Below are positions 32,915-37,189 of a DNA stretch of 37,189 bases, piece by piece. Position numbers and translations under genes: made by a program. The DNA is taken from NCBI GenBank assembly GCA_023231475.1, contig JALJEE010000524.1, positions 1 to 37,189 on the forward strand. Reading direction: 5' to 3'. Each line of letters opens with the position of its first letter. Within the stretch, counting starts at the first letter, position 1. The DNA is from Seison nebaliae. Its lineage: Eukaryota. The notes under the pieces are model-generated. The model searched no databases, was not told where the DNA came from, and was given only the letters and a program-made list of their open reading frames with translations.

Positions 32915-34790
32915 TTAATCCATATCCATTTTTTTGAAGATGTTACCTTGAAAAAAAATGGAAATGAAATGGAAAAATGAAGAGAATAAAAACCGATTCG
33001 TTTGATCTGATTATCTGATTGTTTCTTTTGTTGGATTCGATCGGAATTGAGTGTTAAATTATTTTTCGCTTCATCCGATGTTAATGTTGTCTGAAGTTGA
33101 TTTGATTCCGTTTTCTTCTTTGACGAACGACGACGATTTGACTCATCCAACGTCGTGTCGTCCACATTGAATCGATTGGAGGAAACTTCAATTTGTCTCT
33201 GATTCAACAAATCGACATTTACAGCTCCAATTATTCTTTCGTTTTTTTCAATATCTACAAATGATGGAAAATGAATGGAATTATAAAAAGGAAACCATCA
33301 ATCATCATATTGTCACTTTCTTTCAAGAATTCATCAAAATCGAATAATGGAGCGATGTCAGTAGTGATTTTAGTTTCTTTTATTGGAACAGCATCTTCTG
33401 GTGGGGAAGTGAAATAACGAATTTTTCCAGTAATCCAATCACCGATAATTCCACGAGCTGTAATCAATGTATTGATTCGTCCACCTTTCATTAGACGTCC
33501 TCGTTTCAATCCGACATGTTCAATTAATTGTCTTCCATTATCATCATGATGTGATGTGAGTGAATCGTCTTGCATTTGAGCATCGGTCAAATATTCGTAA
33601 TTATCGAAACCGTCGTCATGATTTCTCGTTTTGAATCGGATATTCTTCCTCTTCATAATCAAATCATAAACGGATTGATTCATCCAATCATCGGGTAATT
33701 GATAGAGTTGTGTGAAGAATGATGGTTGTACACGAGAAACGATCAAATTGCAACAACGAATTGCTAATTCTTCGTCGATATGTTTCACATTGAGACAATG
33801 TTGGAGAACGAGAGACATTTCATTCGCATTCCTATTCAATATGACACCAGGTGTATCGATAATTCGGATGTATTCACTTAATTTAATTTCTTGTGTTTGT
33901 CTCGTTACTCCTGGTTCGTTGCCAGTCGTACAAATATGTGATCGTTTCAAACTATTAATGACACTACTTTTACCAACATTCGGATAGCCAATAACTCCCA
34001 CATTTAATTTCAATCGATTCTTCCCATCATTCTCTTTCGTCTTCTTCTTTTCATTTTTTTCATTCATCTTCTCTTCTTTCTCATTATTGTCATCAGGATT
34101 TTTTATTCGAGAATAATTATAGAGAAGATTAAATAAATGATCTACACCAATCGATCGACCAGAAAACAAAATATTTTTGTTCAATTGATGAACTTCTACT
34201 TTGGAGAAACCTTTCTCGGATGATTTGAATGCAATTGTCGCATGTTCTCGTCTCAGATATTGGAGCCATTGAACGATATTGGATTTGGGAATCAAATCAA
34301 TTTTATTAAGAATAAAAATTAATTTTTGATTCTCATTCAATCTCTCCTCTAATTCATAACAACGACATGCTAATGGATCACGAGCATCTAACACTTCCAA
34401 AATCACGTCACATTTCTTCAACACTTGACCAACATCGCAATTATATTTTTTTGTGGATTTGAATCCTAAATTATTTAATTCCTCATCAATTTCCACCATC
34501 TCTTCTTCCACTTCCATTTCTTCATTGTCATTCTTCTTCTTCAATTTCTTCGTTTCCATCAGTTCATTTAAATGTTCTCGATGTGTTTCCGCTTCAAGTA
34601 GAATACGTTCTTTGAACGGCAATTTATTGGGAATTGAGAAACTACCAATTGCTAATCGTTTCTTCTTCTTATTTGTTGCATCATCCTTCTTCTTCTTTCG
34701 ATTGAACTCTCGTACTTTCTTCAATATCTTATACTTCTTCGAACATGTCATTCGTTTCGATGTCTTCCGTTTCATTCCATGTTTAGACAT
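32915..34790 (-). CDS. GNL3: Nucleostemin/GNL3-family circularly permuted nucleolar GTPase, 3 exons, about 595 aa
   Basis: Basic N-terminus SKRMTCSKKYKILKKVRE and IPNKLPFKE, then DVILEVLDARDP, G4 NKID, G1 GYPNVGKSS, G2 PGVT, G3 DTPG, WITGKIRYFTSPP. Exons 34790-33296, 33254-32994, 32946-32915; the C-terminal introns are placed by frame only. GNL3 versus GNL3L cannot be separated. Confidence 0.9.
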
Positions 34791-35469
34791 ATTTTATTCT
34801 ACTTAAATTAAATGAAACAAATCTAATTTTGAAATATAAATGAATAAAAAATCACGTTTCGTTACAGCTTCATATTTATATTCAAATTTAATTCATTCTT
34901 TAAACTTCTGTTGGAAACATCATCGAATTGTTTGTGTGAAGTGTGATTATTTAAATTACAATTCTCTTCAAACGGACTTTAACAAAAACCATTCAACTTA
35001 AGCTTCATGTATTGGAAAAAAAAATTACAATCTTCTCTTCATTTCTCATCTTCTGTTTCTCTCATCGTGAAATTAATGAAGATTCATATCATCCATTATT
35101 TATAACATATTCTTAATATATCTTACAACCGTTTCTTTTGTTAGATTGTATATTGGTGAAATAATTCCAATTATAATGAGAGGAGAACTTATAGAAAAAA
35201 GTAGTTTAAAGTTAAAGAAGAAATTAATGAGTTTCTTATCATTTTCTAAAAGAAGATTATAATAAATTTTCTATTTATCAATTATTTTTATAATGTCGTG
35301 TGATAATATGTCATTAAATATGTCTATTATACAAATTTGTTAGATTCATCATTAATTATATGAGATATGGAAATCATGTGAATTGGAAAGTAAAATAAGA
35401 AATTTTTTCCATTTATAATTTATTATAAACACAACGTGATTACAACTTCGAAATGATACAAAGTGTAAC

Positions 35470-35970
35470 TTATAGGAGACTGTAGAAGTCGTTCAAAGCC
35501 ATTATTCGAACTCCAGTTCCTTCGAAGAATTCTTCTCCAACTTCCGAAGAGGTGTTTGAAGTTTCAACGCTTTCCGATTCGTTTTGACCATTTCTTTCTG
35601 TGTTCACAACTTCCTCCACGTTTATCGATTCGTCTTTGAATGAAGTGTGTGGGGAGGGTGCAGGTGTCTCTTCGTTGATTGGGAAGGTTTCTCGGGTACT
35701 CATTAATTCTTTCTGCAATTCATGCAATTGATTATTCAAGTCATCAAAAAGCAGAAATATTTGAGCAGTATTAATATTAGTTCCTGACGAATTGTACGGA
35801 AGCTCGTCACCGTTATTGGGAGGAAGTCCATATTCAGCTTCCCATCTAAGTCGATCGTTTTCAATATTCGCTGTCAAGAATTCGGGAGTTAGTATATTAC
35901 ATATATCGATAATTGCATCATGTAATTGCATTACCCATACATCAACTATTTGGAGAAATGGGTCAGACAT
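35470..35970 (-). CDS. Hypothetical acidic protein (166 aa), possibly the terminal exon of a longer gene
   Basis: Locally GC-richer ORF with E/S/T-rich C-terminal half. A pyrimidine tract and CAG acceptor (35974) lie 3 nt before the ATG. Confidence 0.55.
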   Translation of the reverse strand: MSDPFLQIVDVWVMQLHDAIIDICNILTPEFLTANIENDRLRWEAEYGLPPNNGDELPYNSSGTNINTAQIFLLFDDLNNQLHELQKELMSTRETFPINEETPAPSPHTSFKDESINVEEVVNTERNGQNESESVETSNTSSEVGEEFFEGTGVRIMALNDFYSLL

Positions 35971-37005
35971 GACCTGCCCAAATGAATTTGAGAATGAATT
36001 TGAAAAAGTTAAAGAAAATTTGATAGTTATTTTAAAATGATTTTGTACAATTTATAAGACAATTTTCTCTCATCCTTAGTATTAGGTATACATCATCTCT
36101 ATTTTTAATTAAAAGCTTCACTCCATCGTTTCATTGTTCTACCTGCCAAACGAATAACTCATATAGTATTTTATAAGCCTAACCTGATGTCAGCTCGTAA
36201 CAGTTTACTTCCAACGAAAAGTAAAATTAATGGAAATATATATATATATATTAAATTAATAATATAATATAAAACATTAAATTTTTTAGAAAAAAATTCA
36301 ATTTCCTAACAGTTAATTTCTTCCCACATCTGTTAACCATTCAAATGTCTTATATTAATTTAATATATATCTGACCAATTCATCTGAATCATCTATTATA
36401 ATTTTAATCTTACATTCAACATAAAATTCACGTTACTCTGTTTTACTACATACAAATTTAAAAACGAAGAAATACAATTCTTTTCTGTAACGATTCTTTT
36501 TGTCTCATATTTAATTTTTCACTTATCCAAACAAATTCGGATCGGGTGAATTAATGAAAAGGAAGGAAATTAAGTTATTTAACAAGAAATTCCTCCTTGT
36601 CTCTCGAACTTATCATATGGGTAATAATATTATACAGTTGTATTCAAAAGTAATCGGACAAACTTCGATATTTTTTAAATGCTCATAACTTTCTTCAAAT
36701 AGCCCAATTCAAGCTCTTTCCAATAGTTCTAACTTCGACAAAAGTAAATTTAAAAATCGTCGTCAAATAATCGATTAATTAACAAACTTCATTTTTCTCT
36801 ATTTTTCATAATCGGAAATCCTAATTTACGTCAATAAATTTTAAATATAACTAACAAAGTACACTACTGGACAAAAAAGTTGAAACTATCATTTTCCATG
36901 TATAAAGCTCAAATTTATAAATCCATTATAATCCATAAAAAAAAATTTTTAAAAAATTTTTTTTACATTTATATCTTATATCTTTTTTAACATTTGATTT
37001 CGAAA

Positions 37006-37189
37006 ATGTCGTCGAAGAGTTCTGACGATATCGTTAAGAACGATGCATCCATCTCTGAGGAGATGTTGGTTGCTCTACAGAAGATAGAAAGCAATCTGTT
37101 AAAAAACGAACAACCCGCAAAACGTTCCACCATAAAAAGAGATCGATCAAGTTCTAGATCTGCCAGAGTAACGAATAGTCAGCTTCTTA
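37006..37189 (+). CDS. 5' part of a hypothetical gene truncated by the window end
   Basis: AAAATG context, open for 61 codons (MSSKSSDDIVKNDASISEEMLVALQKIE...), with a GC increase over the upstream AT-rich DNA. Confidence 0.55.
   Translation, partial: MSSKSSDDIVKNDASISEEMLVALQKIESNLLKNEQPAKRSTIKRDRSSSRSARVTNSQLL

Overview
AT-rich, gene-dense eukaryotic (metazoan-type) genomic DNA using the standard genetic code and short spliceosomal introns. Manual splicing recovers: a Thr-rich type-I membrane protein (+), an orphan ORF (-), an STPG4-like PG-repeat gene only partly visible in the ORF track (-), a K/D/E-repeat membrane protein with CD225/dispanin-like spacing (-), PRPF38B (-), RNF123/KPC1 (+), an intronless MSH2 (+), OSBP (+), GNL3/nucleostemin (-), another orphan (-) and a gene start running off the end (+). 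Non-coding features include a 384-bp foldback (MITE-like) element, several minisatellites and microsatellites. The most unusual signal is the 5' splice site. All 24 introns I could place by reading frame and/or homology are GT-AG, but 21 begin GTT, 2 GTC and only 1 GTA. Only 3 have +5G and only 6 have -1G (13 have -1A), while perfect GTAAGT motifs inside exons appear unused. This suggests rewired 5' splice-site recognition. All gene models are hand-derived and need RNA-seq confirmation, and the organism cannot be identified from this window.
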